NCBI GenBank assembly: GCA_040877445.1
Contig: JBBDNT010000301.1
Location: 4,622 to 56,452, forward strand
Reading direction: 5' to 3'
Source of the DNA: Planctomycetaceae bacterium
GTDB lineage: Bacteria > Planctomycetota > Planctomycetia > Planctomycetales > Planctomycetaceae
Length of the DNA: 51,831 bases
The position numbers and the translations under genes are program-made. Shown piece by piece: positions 1 to 9,947 of this stretch (position 1 is its first letter; every line of letters starts with the position of its first letter). Below the pieces are notes generated by a model, which ran no database searches, had not been told where the DNA came from, and saw nothing but the letters and a program-made list of their open reading frames with translations.

Positions 1-789
1 GTGCTGATCGGCGACATGATCACCGAAGAGGCGCTCCCGAACTACGCCGTCTCCCTGAACCTGATCGCCCGCGACGATGTCGGCACCAGCGCGCGCCCCT
101 GGGCGCGGTGGCTGCGCGGGTGGACGAGCGAGGAGAATCGCCACGGCGATTTGCTCAACGCCTACCTGCGTCTCACCGGCCGGGTCGACATGCGGGCCGT
201 CGAAGTGACCATTCACCACCTGATCGACAACGGCTTCAGCGCGAGAACCAACGGCGATCCCTACGGCAGCCTGGTCTACACGTCATTTCAGGAACGGGCC
301 ACAAAGATTTCCCACAGCAATGTCGGCCGGATCGCGATTCAGCAGGGGGACGCGGCGTTGGGGCGGATTTGCCAGCGCATCGCCGGGGACGAATCGCGTC
401 ACGAGGCGTTCTACAGCCGGGTGATGGGCAAAGCGATGGAGATCGACCCCGAAGGAGGCGTGCTGACGATGCGGTCGATGCTCCGCCGCGTCATCGCGAT
501 GCCCGGCCGCCTGATGGATGACGGGCAAGCCCCGGACCTTTTCGACCAGTTCGCCGGAGTCGCGCAGCGGCTGGGCGTTTACACGGTTCGCGACTACGCC
601 GACATCATCCGGCACCTGGTCAAGCTATGGAATGTCGAACACCTGCGCGTCACCGGCAAGGCGGCCGCGGCGCAGGATTACCTGTGCCGCCTCAGCGACG
701 ACGTGAACCGCGCGGCCGACGCCGCGGAGGACAAGCCGGCCGCACGGCCGAAGGCGAAGTTCTCGTGGATTTCCGGGCGCGAGGCGTGA
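1..789 (+). CDS. acyl-[acyl-carrier-protein] desaturase (soluble di-iron desaturase), 5'-truncated by the window edge
   Basis: The ORF runs from the window start to a stop at 789. It carries WTSEENRHGDLLNAYLRLTGRVDM, which matches the conserved stearoyl-ACP desaturase signature (WT.EENRHGDLL..YLYL.GRVDM), and a second di-iron ligand region DESRHE. Confidence 0.8.
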   Translation: MLIGDMITEEALPNYAVSLNLIARDDVGTSARPWARWLRGWTSEENRHGDLLNAYLRLTGRVDMRAVEVTIHHLIDNGFSARTNGDPYGSLVYTSFQERATKISHSNVGRIAIQQGDAALGRICQRIAGDESRHEAFYSRVMGKAMEIDPEGGVLTMRSMLRRVIAMPGRLMDDGQAPDLFDQFAGVAQRLGVYTVRDYADIIRHLVKLWNVEHLRVTGKAAAAQDYLCRLSDDVNRAADAAEDKPAARPKAKFSWISGREA

Positions 790-872
790 CGTCGCTCCCA
801 GCGGCCGCCCTCGCACGGAGGCGCGTCCGCCGCGGCGCGGAACGAGATCATCGTCGTGCGGCGCTCACCGCC

Positions 873-3872
873 TCAACGTCCCGCGAGGCATGTCAGACGG
901 CCGTCGATCATGGAGACGTACAGCTTTCCCCGGGCGGCGGCGAGGCCGTCCAGGACTGGCGGCGCCGCGAGTTCGAGTTTCGCCCGCTGCTCCCCGCTCG
1001 CCGCATCGAGCGCCAGCAGCACGCCGCCGGTCGGCTCCAGCACATCGGGCGAACCGGCGGCGAACAGCGTCTCACCCGCAGGCACCAATGCTCGCACGCG
1101 CACCGGGACCGTCAGCGACCACGCGTCCTCCGCCTGATCGCCCCGCCGCGCGAACAGGCGATGATCGCCTTCCGCGGGGCGGGTCGCGGTGTACTTGTCG
1201 GCATTGGGAAACGCGCTCAGTCCGAAGACGTCGTCCGTCGCGGCGGGGCGGGAATCGTCGCCTCCGGCGTCCTCGTTCGATTCGCGGGCGGACGTGCGGA
1301 ACGCGAGAAGTTGTCCCGTGGCGCGGCCCTTCTCCCACGCGGTGCGATTCGACCAGACGTCCGTCAGAAACGACGCCTGCGCGCGGAGCGGCGCTTCGTC
1401 GATGCGATGGCCACGGCCCCGGAACAAGCCGCTTTCCGGCTCGAGGCAGCCTTCCCACAGGAAGAGGTGCTTGGTTCCCTGCACCAGCAGGTCGGCCCGC
1501 GTCGCCTCCTTGGGAAAGGTCTCCCACGCCAGCGCTCCCGACAGTGGATCGAGGGCCACGATCCGCATGCCCCCGTCGAGCGGACCGTGACGACCCGCCA
1601 GGGCGCAGGCCGTGCCGTTCACGATCGTCACGCTCCCGATGACCGGCCACGGGGACGACAGCCGTCCGTGCGCGACGATTCGGCGAGTTCCCGGAGCGGC
1701 GCGGAACCGCCACGCGAGTTCGCCGCTCGCGGCGTCCAGGCAATACACGAACCCGTCCTCCGAACCGAACAGACAGCGTCCCTCGTGAATCGTGGGCGGA
1801 AACGGAATTCGGCCGCCCGCGGTGAATCGCCATGACTCTCGGCCGGTCGCGGCGTCGAACGCGCACACCTGCTGCGCATCGACCGCGGCGACGAATACCC
1901 GCCCCCCCGCGACCACCGGCGGGGTGATCCGCTCTCCCGGAGCGACATCCGCCGTCCAACTCGATTGCGCGTTCGGCGACACGCTGGTGCTCGCCGCGCC
2001 GCTGCGGCGGGAATCGTGCCGGTAGCACGGCCAATCCTCGGAGTCGATCGCGGCAGCGTTCCGCTCGATGCGATCGTACGCCGGTCCGCGCTCGAGTTCC
2101 CCTTTCCCGCCGCCGTCGTGCGGCAACGGATCGGGCGACATGGCGGTGACGCCGTACAGCATGGGATAGCACCGGCAATCGGTCGGGAAGGTGTAGACCA
2201 ACCCGTTTGCTGGAACCGCGCCGAAGCCGCAGGCGCCGCGCGCCACATGGGGGAAATCGACCTCTCCCGTCGTGCATTCGAAGAAGTGAATCCGCCCGGT
2301 GATGAGATACTTCTCGGTCGCCTGGCCGGGAGCGCACTTGTCCTGAAAGCTCGCGGGAAAGCTTTGCCCGAGCGCGCCGGTGCGGGGGTCGACGCCGATC
2401 CACTGGTCGGGACGCCCCGCGTCCTTGTCTCCCACGTCGTGCGCCCAGACGAGTCCATTGGAAAAGAAGGTATTGATGGGGTGCCCCCGGCCGGAAGCGG
2501 TGTAGGCGTGGGTCCAGGACCGCGAGCCGTCCTTCATCGAAAACCCAAGCAGCCGGCTGCGGGTCGCCATCGCGAGGACGTCGCCGTGGATGCCGCACAG
2601 CGCGAGGTCGCGGTCGAAACGTTCGCGCGTGAGATCCGACACGTCGATCCGCCATTGCGTCTCGCCGTCTGCGATGCGGAAACAGACGACTTCATTATTC
2701 CGCGGGACGTTGACGACCACCCGACCGCCGCCGGCGGCGAAGGCGTTCTCGCGCGAGCCCGGTTCGGCGGACCATTTCGTCTTGCCGCTCTGCGGATCGA
2801 GCAGCCGCAGTTTGTTTCGTTCGAGAAGCAGAACGCCTTCGTTCACGACGATCATGCCGTCGGGCTGGGTGTCGAGGTATTGATCGAGCGTTTTGCCGGT
2901 GGCGGCTTCGAGCGCTTCGAGCGGTCCGCCCGGCGACAGCACCGCGTACACGCGATCGCCGACCGCGACCAGCGTGTTCGCGTTGGGCGAGACGTCGTTG
3001 CGGCCGCCCAGTCGCACCGGCCGCTTCCACAGCACCGTCCCATTGAAGGCGTCGCGCGCGATGAGTTGCGCGTCGGGGGGGACGGCCATGAAGGGCGTCG
3101 CCTCGTCGATGATCGAGAAAAACCGCCCGCCGGCGGAGACCGCTCCCACGGGCCGGCCGGTATGTCCGCGCGCCCGGCCGGGGCCGTCGATCCAGCGGAG
3201 GCTGCGCGTGGGAGCGACGAGTTCATCCCGCGAGGTCGCCCGCCGCGATGGATCGTGCCGGGCGTGAGTCCAGTCATCCATTCCCGCGGGCCGCGGCCGG
3301 ACGAGCTTCACCCATTTTCCCGCGGCGTTCTCGACAGTCTCGACTTCGACGATCGAAGGCGCGGCGGCGCGGACGCGCTTCGCCAGCGCGTCCATCGTTT
3401 CCGCTTTCGCACCCAACAGCGCGACCCCGCGCGGCGTCAGCACGCGGACGATTTCCTCCATCGTCAGACCCGCCGCCGACTGCGCCGGGAAGTTTTCGAC
3501 GACGAGCAGATTGACGAGACCGTCGGCATAGGGCAATTTGCCGGCCGCGATCCATTCCGCGGAAACACGGCCGTACTCGCCCCGGGCGCGAATCGCTTCG
3601 CGGGCCTTCGGAAGCTGGTCCGCATCGCCGACCAGGCCATGCACGAGAAACGGGCGATCGCGTCCCAATTCGGCGGTGACTCGCCCGTCGCCCCCCACGT
3701 GCACGCACAGGCCCCCGGAAATGCCCGCGGCGTCGACGATCGCCCGGGCGACCGCCCGGGCCGACGCGTCGGCGGCGGACGAATCCGCCTCCGCCCGCAG
3801 CGGATTTCCGACAAGCCCGCTTCCCGCGACGGCCAGAATGAAACCGGTGACGATCCTGGTGAGTGCTTGCAT
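873..3872 (-). CDS. PQQ-like beta-propeller repeat protein (BamB/PQQ-repeat family), secreted
   Basis: The long minus-strand ORF is 873..3953. I chose the ATG at 3872 because it gives the signal peptide MQALTRIVTGFILAVAGSGLVG. Blade-like motifs recur throughout (G.LYAVD..TGK..W, DG.VYCLDAASGELAWRF), and the C-terminal blade is GKLYVSMIDGRLTCLAG. Confidence 0.7.
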   Translation of the reverse strand: MQALTRIVTGFILAVAGSGLVGNPLRAEADSSAADASARAVARAIVDAAGISGGLCVHVGGDGRVTAELGRDRPFLVHGLVGDADQLPKAREAIRARGEYGRVSAEWIAAGKLPYADGLVNLLVVENFPAQSAAGLTMEEIVRVLTPRGVALLGAKAETMDALAKRVRAAAPSIVEVETVENAAGKWVKLVRPRPAGMDDWTHARHDPSRRATSRDELVAPTRSLRWIDGPGRARGHTGRPVGAVSAGGRFFSIIDEATPFMAVPPDAQLIARDAFNGTVLWKRPVRLGGRNDVSPNANTLVAVGDRVYAVLSPGGPLEALEAATGKTLDQYLDTQPDGMIVVNEGVLLLERNKLRLLDPQSGKTKWSAEPGSRENAFAAGGGRVVVNVPRNNEVVCFRIADGETQWRIDVSDLTRERFDRDLALCGIHGDVLAMATRSRLLGFSMKDGSRSWTHAYTASGRGHPINTFFSNGLVWAHDVGDKDAGRPDQWIGVDPRTGALGQSFPASFQDKCAPGQATEKYLITGRIHFFECTTGEVDFPHVARGACGFGAVPANGLVYTFPTDCRCYPMLYGVTAMSPDPLPHDGGGKGELERGPAYDRIERNAAAIDSEDWPCYRHDSRRSGAASTSVSPNAQSSWTADVAPGERITPPVVAGGRVFVAAVDAQQVCAFDAATGRESWRFTAGGRIPFPPTIHEGRCLFGSEDGFVYCLDAASGELAWRFRAAPGTRRIVAHGRLSSPWPVIGSVTIVNGTACALAGRHGPLDGGMRIVALDPLSGALAWETFPKEATRADLLVQGTKHLFLWEGCLEPESGLFRGRGHRIDEAPLRAQASFLTDVWSNRTAWEKGRATGQLLAFRTSARESNEDAGGDDSRPAATDDVFGLSAFPNADKYTATRPAEGDHRLFARRGDQAEDAWSLTVPVRVRALVPAGETLFAAGSPDVLEPTGGVLLALDAASGEQRAKLELAAPPVLDGLAAARGKLYVSMIDGRLTCLAGR

Positions 3873-3955
3873 GTCCCGTCGTTCCAAGTTTCTCGATTCG
3901 AAGGTCTTGACGCAGCCAGCGAAATTGGAACGACTGATGTCCGATTTTCTCACTC

Positions 3956-4055
3956 AGTAGTTCCAAGTTCCAAAGTTCCGAGTTCCATTTCGGAACCCAA
4001 CTACCGGAGATCACTCCGCCCTTTCGGAACTTGGAACTCGGAACTTGGAACTACT
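3956..4055. repeat. imperfect inverted repeat built from tandem GTTCCRA heptamers; possible terminator or operator between two minus-strand genes
   Basis: The left arm at 3956-3986 is agtagttccaagttccaaagttccgagttcc. The right arm at 4026-4055 is ggaacttggaactcggaacttggaactact, nearly its reverse complement. The element lies 3' of the amidohydrolase stop (4092) and about 85 nt 5' of the PQQ gene start (3872). Confidence 0.6.
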
Positions 4056-4091
4056 GTCACTCGAACAAAACAGCCGAATCCTCGGATCGAG

Positions 4092-7000
4092 CTATTCGCG
4101 CGGGCGGTCGGTGACCTTGGATGCGTTTTCGCCGCGCTTCTCGGCCAGCCGCTGCCGGTAGCGTTCGTAAAACCGCGTCTGGCGACTTTCCGGGGCGAAG
4201 GGACGGCCCGCGATGAAGACGGCCTTCACCTGCGACGACGGCTGCAACGGCGTGCCGTCGCCGATCAACAGGTTCGCCCGCTTGCCGACCGTCAGCGATC
4301 CGAGCGAATCCCCCAGGCCGACGATCTCCGCCGCCGAGAGTGTGACCGCCCGCAGCGCCTCTTCTTCCGGCAGGCCGAAGGCGACCGCCATCCCCGCTTC
4401 GAAGGGAGCGTTGCGGCTGTTCCAGGCGCTGTCCGAGCGGATGCAGAACTTCACGCCGGCCTCGTGCAGCCGACCGGGGTTCGCGTAAGGCGCGTCGAGC
4501 GGGTCGTGCTCGGCGGGAGGAACCATCACCGGGCCGACGATCACCGGCACGTCGCGCTTCTTCAGTTCGTCGGCGAGCTTCCACGCGTCGCGGCCCCCGG
4601 TGATGACGGGCTTCAGCTTCCATTTCTCGGCGAACAGCAGCGCCTCGGCGATCTGCTGCCGGGTGTACGCCTCGATGAACACCGGCTTCTTCGCGTGCAG
4701 GTACGGCCGCATCGCTTCGAGCCGCGGATCGACGACGCCGCCGTCGAAGTCGTCGCTCGCGGAATCGTCGCTTTCCGAGTCCGACTTGTTCGAACTTCTC
4801 TTCTCGGCGGCGGCGCGGACGCGGTCGTACTCCCGGGCCTGCTCGAAGAACTCCTCGAGCTGCTCGCGCTGCTTCTTCGCGTCCTTCCCCTCGGGCCAGC
4901 CGATGACGAGGCCGGCTTCGTATTCGAGGACCATTTCCTCGGCGGTCCAGCCGGCGAGTTGCACGGTCGAGGCCTGTCCGCCGATGAGTCCGCCGTTGGG
5001 GCGAATGAGGATGCTGGTGATGCCTCCGGCGCGGGCGGCGGGAATCAGTTCGGAATCGACATTGACCGCCACGCCGGCGCGGATATCCGGTTGCAGCAGG
5101 CCGCTTTCGGCGAAGTCGTGGGTTTCGCGCAAGCGGTCGATCTCGGTCAACCCGAGCGTCGTCCCGGCGTCGATCAGCCCCGGATAGACGTGCAAGCCTT
5201 TCGCGTCGATCACCTTCGCGTCGGTCGGGACGTCGACATCGTTGGATTTGCCGAGCGCGGCGATGTTCCCGTCCTCGACGACGAGCGTGCCCTTCTCGAT
5301 CACCGGTCCGTCGACGGGATGCAGCGTGGCGCCCACGATCGCATAGCGGCCGTTGGCGTGCGGTTCGAGATCGAGCTTCTTCTCGCGAACTTCGTCGGAT
5401 GCGAATTCGAGCGGCGGGGCCTGCTTCGAGCGTTCGCGCTGCTTCTCGCTCATCACGGTCGGCGCGCCTTCGCGGTGATAGTACACCTCGCCGCCGACGA
5501 GCGCGATTTCGCACCGCGAGAAGGTGCTCAGCGGATGGCCGTTGTAGATCGCCATGTCGGCGAGCTTTCCCGGTTCGATCGTCCCGAGCCGGTCGTGCAG
5601 GCCGAGCTCGCGGGCGGCGTTGCGGGTGACCGCCTGGATGGCGCGATCCGGCGGCATGCCTCCGTAACGGATCGCCTTGGCCGCTTCGAGGTTGAGATGC
5701 CGGATCAGCTCGGCGTTGTCGCTCTTGATGACGACGTTGGCGCCGGCCTCGTCGAGGAGGGCGGCGTTGTAGGGCGTGGCGTCGAACGCTTCGACCTTGT
5801 AGGCCCACCAGTCGGCGAACGTGCTGCAGCTCGCTCCGTGCGCGACGATCTCGGGAGCGATCTTGTACCCTTCGAGCACGTGCTGCAACGACCACACGCG
5901 AATGCCCAGATCGCGGGCGGTGCGCAGCAGCATCAGGATTTCATCGGCCCGATAGCAGTGGCTGTGGATGAATTTCTTGTGGTCGACGATGTCCGCGAGC
6001 GCCTCGAGCCGCAGATCGCGCCGCGGCGGAAGGACCGATGGCGACGCCGCCTTCTCACCACCGCCGTTGCCGCCGGCCGCCTTGGCTTCCGCGGCGCGCT
6101 TCTTCTCGGCGAGCTCGAAGGCGTTCCACTGGCGGCGGTAGTCGATCGCTTCGAGGAAGGCGCGGTTGAGCGTGGCTTCGACGCCGAGGCGGGTGTTCGG
6201 GAAGCGGTCGCGGCGTCCCTTCACGTTCTCGCCGAGCGCGAACTTCACCCCCTGCGGGGCGTCGTCGAGAATCTGCGCGCGCGCCGGCTCGCCGTGCTTG
6301 AAGCGGACGACCGCGTCTTGCCCGCCGATGACGTTCGCCGAGCCATGAAACACGCGGGCGGCAGTCGTCCCGCCCGCGAGCGCGCGGTACTGGGCGACGT
6401 CCGACGTGTCGATCGCGTCCTTGATGCGAACCTCCGGCACGACCGACTGCGTGTACTCGTTCACCCCCCCTTCGATCATGATGTGGCTGTGCGTGTCGAT
6501 GATGCCGGGCATCACGTAGCGGCCCGTCGCGTCGATGACGGCGATGTCTCCCTCCGGCCGCTCGACGTCTTTGCCGACCGCGGCGATCTTGCCGTCGCGA
6601 ACGACGATCGACGCCTCTTGCAGCGTCTCGCCCGTGCCGGTGATGACGGTGGCGTTCTTGATGAAGACGTTCCCCTTCGTCTCGAACGGGCGGCGCAGGC
6701 GATCGGCTTCGAGTTCGGTCGGCCACTCCGCTTGCGGTTTCGCGCCGTCGGAACCCTCTTCCGCGGCGATGTCGATGGTGACCGGGTTCTCGTCTTCCCC
6801 AGCGCCGTCCTTCTCATCATCGCGCTGCGCGCTCCACGGGGCCGGCGCGCCGAAGGGAGACTTCAACTCGCCCGCCAGTTTTCCTTCCGCGAGCTTGCCG
6901 GTGAACTTCAGATCGACTTCGCGATCCCCCGCGCCGATCGACACCGTGAGTTCGATGCCCGCGTCGTCCGCCTTTCCCGCGGCGACGCGGCCGTTCCCCT

Positions 7001-8594
7001 GTTCGCTGACGAAGCGGCCGGTGAGGCGGGCGCCGTCCTGCGACAGTTCGAGCGTTCCCGGCACCTTGCCCGAGGCCGATTCGATGACCACGTTCCACTT
7101 CCCGGCGACCTGAAGCGCGGGCTTCTCGCCCGGCTTCACCGGTTCCACCGGCTTGGCCGATTCGTTGTACTCGTACTGGCGTCCGTCGACGAACAGATGG
7201 CGGACCTTTGCCTGCTCGTGCTCCAGCGGCCCGGTGAGCACGACGACGTGCCCCGCTTTTTCCGCTTCGAGAGTCCCCAGTCGATGCTCGACGCCGAGCA
7301 TCGCCGCGGGGTTGGTCGTGAGCGCGGCGAGCGCGGCGTCGGCGGAAAGCCCGTGTTCGATCGCTGTGCGAACCGCTTCGAGCAGTTTCGCCGGATCATC
7401 GAGTCCCTGCGAGCCGAATGCGAACCGCACGCCCGCCTCTTCGAGCGCGGCGGCCGTTCCCACGCGCCGCTTCCAGCGGTCCAGTTCCTCCTGCTGCACG
7501 CGGACGGGAGGCTTGATCTCGGCGACGAGCTTGTCGGAGGCCGGCTGCCGTTCGATCTTCGGCTCCTTGCCGAAGTCCGCCTGCAAAACGACATCGACGT
7601 TTTCCTTCTTCAAGCGATCGACCGCGCGGTGCGCGTCGCGGGCGCCCCACAGCGTGGCGGCGATTTCGCGTTCGGCCGCGAAATCGAGGGCGCGGTGAAT
7701 GTCGTCCCGCGTGGTGACGGTGAACAGCGCGCGGCGCTCGCCGGAACGTACCTGTTCCAATGCGGCGAGCGCCTCGTCGAACACCGGCCGCTCGACGCCG
7801 GGCGTTCGCTGCTCGAACAGTTCGCGATGCAGCGCGTCGCGCTCGGCGTCGAGAAACGCTTGGCGGAGGTGAGCGGTCGTGCCCATCAGCGTCGAGGGAT
7901 ACTCGTTTCCGCCCGGCGCGTACAGGCGGAAGGCGGCGAGCGAGTCCGGCGCGATGACCGCCTCGCGGAGCGGAAGATCCTCCGTCGAAATCAGTGTTCC
8001 CGTGCCGGAGGCGATGCGTCCCGTCGGCACGACATGCGCCGCCGCGAAACCCGCCTTGCGGAACGCTTCGAGCTTCGCCCCTTCGCGCTTCAGTCCGTCG
8101 CGGACGGCGAACTCGGGCGTGAGCAGCCGGCGATTGTCCGGCGGAGTGGCCGCGAGAATGTAACGGCCGAAGTCGATGTTCCGTCCGGCGACCGGCGTGG
8201 GCCTCTTGTCGCCATCGACCAGCGCGCTCGTCCCCGCGTCGATGAAGGCGGCGTACACGACGTGCCCCTGCGCGTCGACCGATTGCGCATCGGCGGGAAC
8301 CTCGACTTCACCCGCTTTGCCGACCGCGACGATCACGCCGTCCCGAATGACGAGCGTTCCCTCGTCGATCGTTTCGCCAGGCCGCACGACGATCCGCGCC
8401 CCGGTGACCGCGAAGACACGGGGCGTGAATCCGACGATGCGGTCGGCGGCTCGCGGTGAATCGCCGCCGATCAGCCCCACGATCGCCGCCGCAACGAGCA
8501 CGAACGCGGCGCGGATGAAACCGGCGACCCGCGTATTCTTGGGTGCATCGAATTTCGTCCGGCGAAGACCGGTCGCGGAATGAGTCACGCGCAT
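4092..8594 (-). CDS. large multi-domain amidohydrolase-family protein with three tandem metal-dependent hydrolase modules, secreted or membrane-anchored
   Basis: I placed the start at the ATG at 8594 (MRVTHSATGL...), which is followed by the hydrophobic anchor AGFIRAAFVLVAAAIVGLIGG. Three modules begin with V(V/I)RDG.I.AVGK. The metal-binding motif PGIIDTHSHI is present, with HxH-like patterns in the other modules. An acidic Ser/Asp-rich linker sits near the C-terminal third. Confidence 0.75.
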   Translation of the reverse strand: MRVTHSATGLRRTKFDAPKNTRVAGFIRAAFVLVAAAIVGLIGGDSPRAADRIVGFTPRVFAVTGARIVVRPGETIDEGTLVIRDGVIVAVGKAGEVEVPADAQSVDAQGHVVYAAFIDAGTSALVDGDKRPTPVAGRNIDFGRYILAATPPDNRRLLTPEFAVRDGLKREGAKLEAFRKAGFAAAHVVPTGRIASGTGTLISTEDLPLREAVIAPDSLAAFRLYAPGGNEYPSTLMGTTAHLRQAFLDAERDALHRELFEQRTPGVERPVFDEALAALEQVRSGERRALFTVTTRDDIHRALDFAAEREIAATLWGARDAHRAVDRLKKENVDVVLQADFGKEPKIERQPASDKLVAEIKPPVRVQQEELDRWKRRVGTAAALEEAGVRFAFGSQGLDDPAKLLEAVRTAIEHGLSADAALAALTTNPAAMLGVEHRLGTLEAEKAGHVVVLTGPLEHEQAKVRHLFVDGRQYEYNESAKPVEPVKPGEKPALQVAGKWNVVIESASGKVPGTLELSQDGARLTGRFVSEQGNGRVAAGKADDAGIELTVSIGAGDREVDLKFTGKLAEGKLAGELKSPFGAPAPWSAQRDDEKDGAGEDENPVTIDIAAEEGSDGAKPQAEWPTELEADRLRRPFETKGNVFIKNATVITGTGETLQEASIVVRDGKIAAVGKDVERPEGDIAVIDATGRYVMPGIIDTHSHIMIEGGVNEYTQSVVPEVRIKDAIDTSDVAQYRALAGGTTAARVFHGSANVIGGQDAVVRFKHGEPARAQILDDAPQGVKFALGENVKGRRDRFPNTRLGVEATLNRAFLEAIDYRRQWNAFELAEKKRAAEAKAAGGNGGGEKAASPSVLPPRRDLRLEALADIVDHKKFIHSHCYRADEILMLLRTARDLGIRVWSLQHVLEGYKIAPEIVAHGASCSTFADWWAYKVEAFDATPYNAALLDEAGANVVIKSDNAELIRHLNLEAAKAIRYGGMPPDRAIQAVTRNAARELGLHDRLGTIEPGKLADMAIYNGHPLSTFSRCEIALVGGEVYYHREGAPTVMSEKQRERSKQAPPLEFASDEVREKKLDLEPHANGRYAIVGATLHPVDGPVIEKGTLVVEDGNIAALGKSNDVDVPTDAKVIDAKGLHVYPGLIDAGTTLGLTEIDRLRETHDFAESGLLQPDIRAGVAVNVDSELIPAARAGGITSILIRPNGGLIGGQASTVQLAGWTAEEMVLEYEAGLVIGWPEGKDAKKQREQLEEFFEQAREYDRVRAAAEKRSSNKSDSESDDSASDDFDGGVVDPRLEAMRPYLHAKKPVFIEAYTRQQIAEALLFAEKWKLKPVITGGRDAWKLADELKKRDVPVIVGPVMVPPAEHDPLDAPYANPGRLHEAGVKFCIRSDSAWNSRNAPFEAGMAVAFGLPEEEALRAVTLSAAEIVGLGDSLGSLTVGKRANLLIGDGTPLQPSSQVKAVFIAGRPFAPESRQTRFYERYRQRLAEKRGENASKVTDRPRE

Positions 8595-8802
8595 GGAGAC
8601 ACCGTACCAGGGAGTGTCGCGGCAAAAGGAACATTCTCGCCGGATTCCCTGATCGGTGGAACCGCGCGAGACGCTCCAAGTTACCAGAGGGCGCGGGGAT
8701 CTCGCCAGAGCGTGGGGCGGCGCGCTCCGCATTCGCATCGCGGCTAACCATAAGAGTTCGCGTCGCGGCTAACACGGGGAGTCGCGGCGGCGATGCGGCG
8801 CG

Positions 8803-9297
8803 CTACGCGGGGGGAGTGGCGTCGAGGGCGGCTTGGACGGCGAGTTCGTCGCAGCGTTCGTTTTCGGGATGGCCGCTGTGGCCGCGGACGACGGTGAACC
8901 GCACTTCGTGCTTCGCGAGCAGTTCGTCGAGTTTCTGCCAGAACTCGCGGTTGAGGACCGGCTTCCATTGGCCCTTTTCGCGTCGCCGCCAGTCGTTGCG
9001 TTTCCAGTTGGGCATCCACTCGCGGGCGCCCTTGGCGACGTAGACGCTGTCGGTGACGACTTCGACGCGCGAGGGACGCTGGAGCGCTTCCAGGCCGGAG
9101 ATGACCGCCTGCAGCTCCATCTTGTTGTTGGTCGTGTGGGCCGCGCCGCCGGCGCCTTCCTTCTCGCTCCCCGAGTCGGGGTGCTTGAGGATGTAGGCCC
9201 AGCCGCCGGGGCCGGGGTTGCCCCGGCAGGCGCCGTCGGTGAAGAGTTGGACCGACGGAAGTCGCGAGCGCGAATCGGCGGGGGGCGGCTCGGGCAT
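8803..9297 (-). CDS. rnhA: ribonuclease HI
   Basis: The N-terminus VQLFTDGACRGNPGPGGWA and the segments TNNKMELQAV, VTDSVYV and GHSGHPENERCDELA are the canonical RNase H fold motifs. Confidence 0.85.
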   Translation of the reverse strand: MPEPPPADSRSRLPSVQLFTDGACRGNPGPGGWAYILKHPDSGSEKEGAGGAAHTTNNKMELQAVISGLEALQRPSRVEVVTDSVYVAKGAREWMPNWKRNDWRRREKGQWKPVLNREFWQKLDELLAKHEVRFTVVRGHSGHPENERCDELAVQAALDATPPA

Positions 9298-9315
9298 GGC
9301 GGAGATCGCGGGAAC

Positions 9316-9534
9316 TCAGCGCTCGCGATAGACGATGCGGCCGCGCGTCAGGTCGTAGGGAGAGACCTCGACGATCACCCGGTCTCCGGGGACGATGCGG
9401 ATGAAGTGCTTGCGCATCTTCCCCGCGACGTGGGCCATGATCAGGTGGCCGTTGTCCAGCTCGACGCGAAACTGCGTGTTGGCGAGGGCCTCCTTGACGA
9501 CGCCCTGTGCCTCGATGGCCTCTTCTTTGGCCAT
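9316..9534 (-). CDS. infA: translation initiation factor IF-1
   Basis: The 72-aa product [70 protein letters not shown] is full-length IF-1 (S1-like OB fold). The ATG is at 9534 on the minus strand. Confidence 0.9.
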   Translation of the reverse strand: MAKEEAIEAQGVVKEALANTQFRVELDNGHLIMAHVAGKMRKHFIRIVPGDRVIVEVSPYDLTRGRIVYRER

Positions 9535-9947
9535 GAACCGTCCTCGATGCGAAAAAAAACGAACGCGCGCCGGCGACGCCCCGCGCCGGCCGGGCCAGAA
9601 CTTCCGCCGCCGAGGCGCGATTGTAACAAGCCGACGCCCCGGCGACAAAGGGACGCAAAGAATCCCGGCGGCCTCTGTCGCTCGTCCGCGAGCCGGCCTT
9701 TCCCGACCCGTTCCGCTCGATCGTTCCCGGCGACGACGACGCCCGAACAGGACGGCGGACGCGACCGGCATGATCGGCATATTCGGCATTACCGGGACAA
9801 TCTTAATAATCGACACGAGCCATGCGGTCGATAAAGTCTTACCGTGCGGATCTTCCGCCGGCAGCCCCCGCGTCGCGTCCGCTCGTCGGCGCCGGAACGC
9901 CGTCCATTCGGGAGTGAAGTCCGTCGAAAGAAATATGAAGGGTCGCC

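Noticed and set aside
1965-8459. 2164-aa plus-strand ORF, and similar very long ORFs such as 25291..27891(-), 27000..31520(+), 33201..35408(-) and 4057..5895(-)
   Set aside because: Their translations are Arg/Gly/Pro/Ala-rich, with runs like RRRRGR and no hydrophobic cores or motifs. Each lies antisense to, or frame-shifted within, ORFs that carry clear protein signatures. This is the typical GC-rich antisense artefact.
9535-9947. 413-bp gap between infA and the porin gene, scanned for a small gene or RNA
   Set aside because: I found only a GC-rich palindrome (gcgccggcg...cgccggcc) and a short AT-rich patch. The gap holds no ORF with coding-like composition or tRNA-like structure. It is probably a divergent promoter region.
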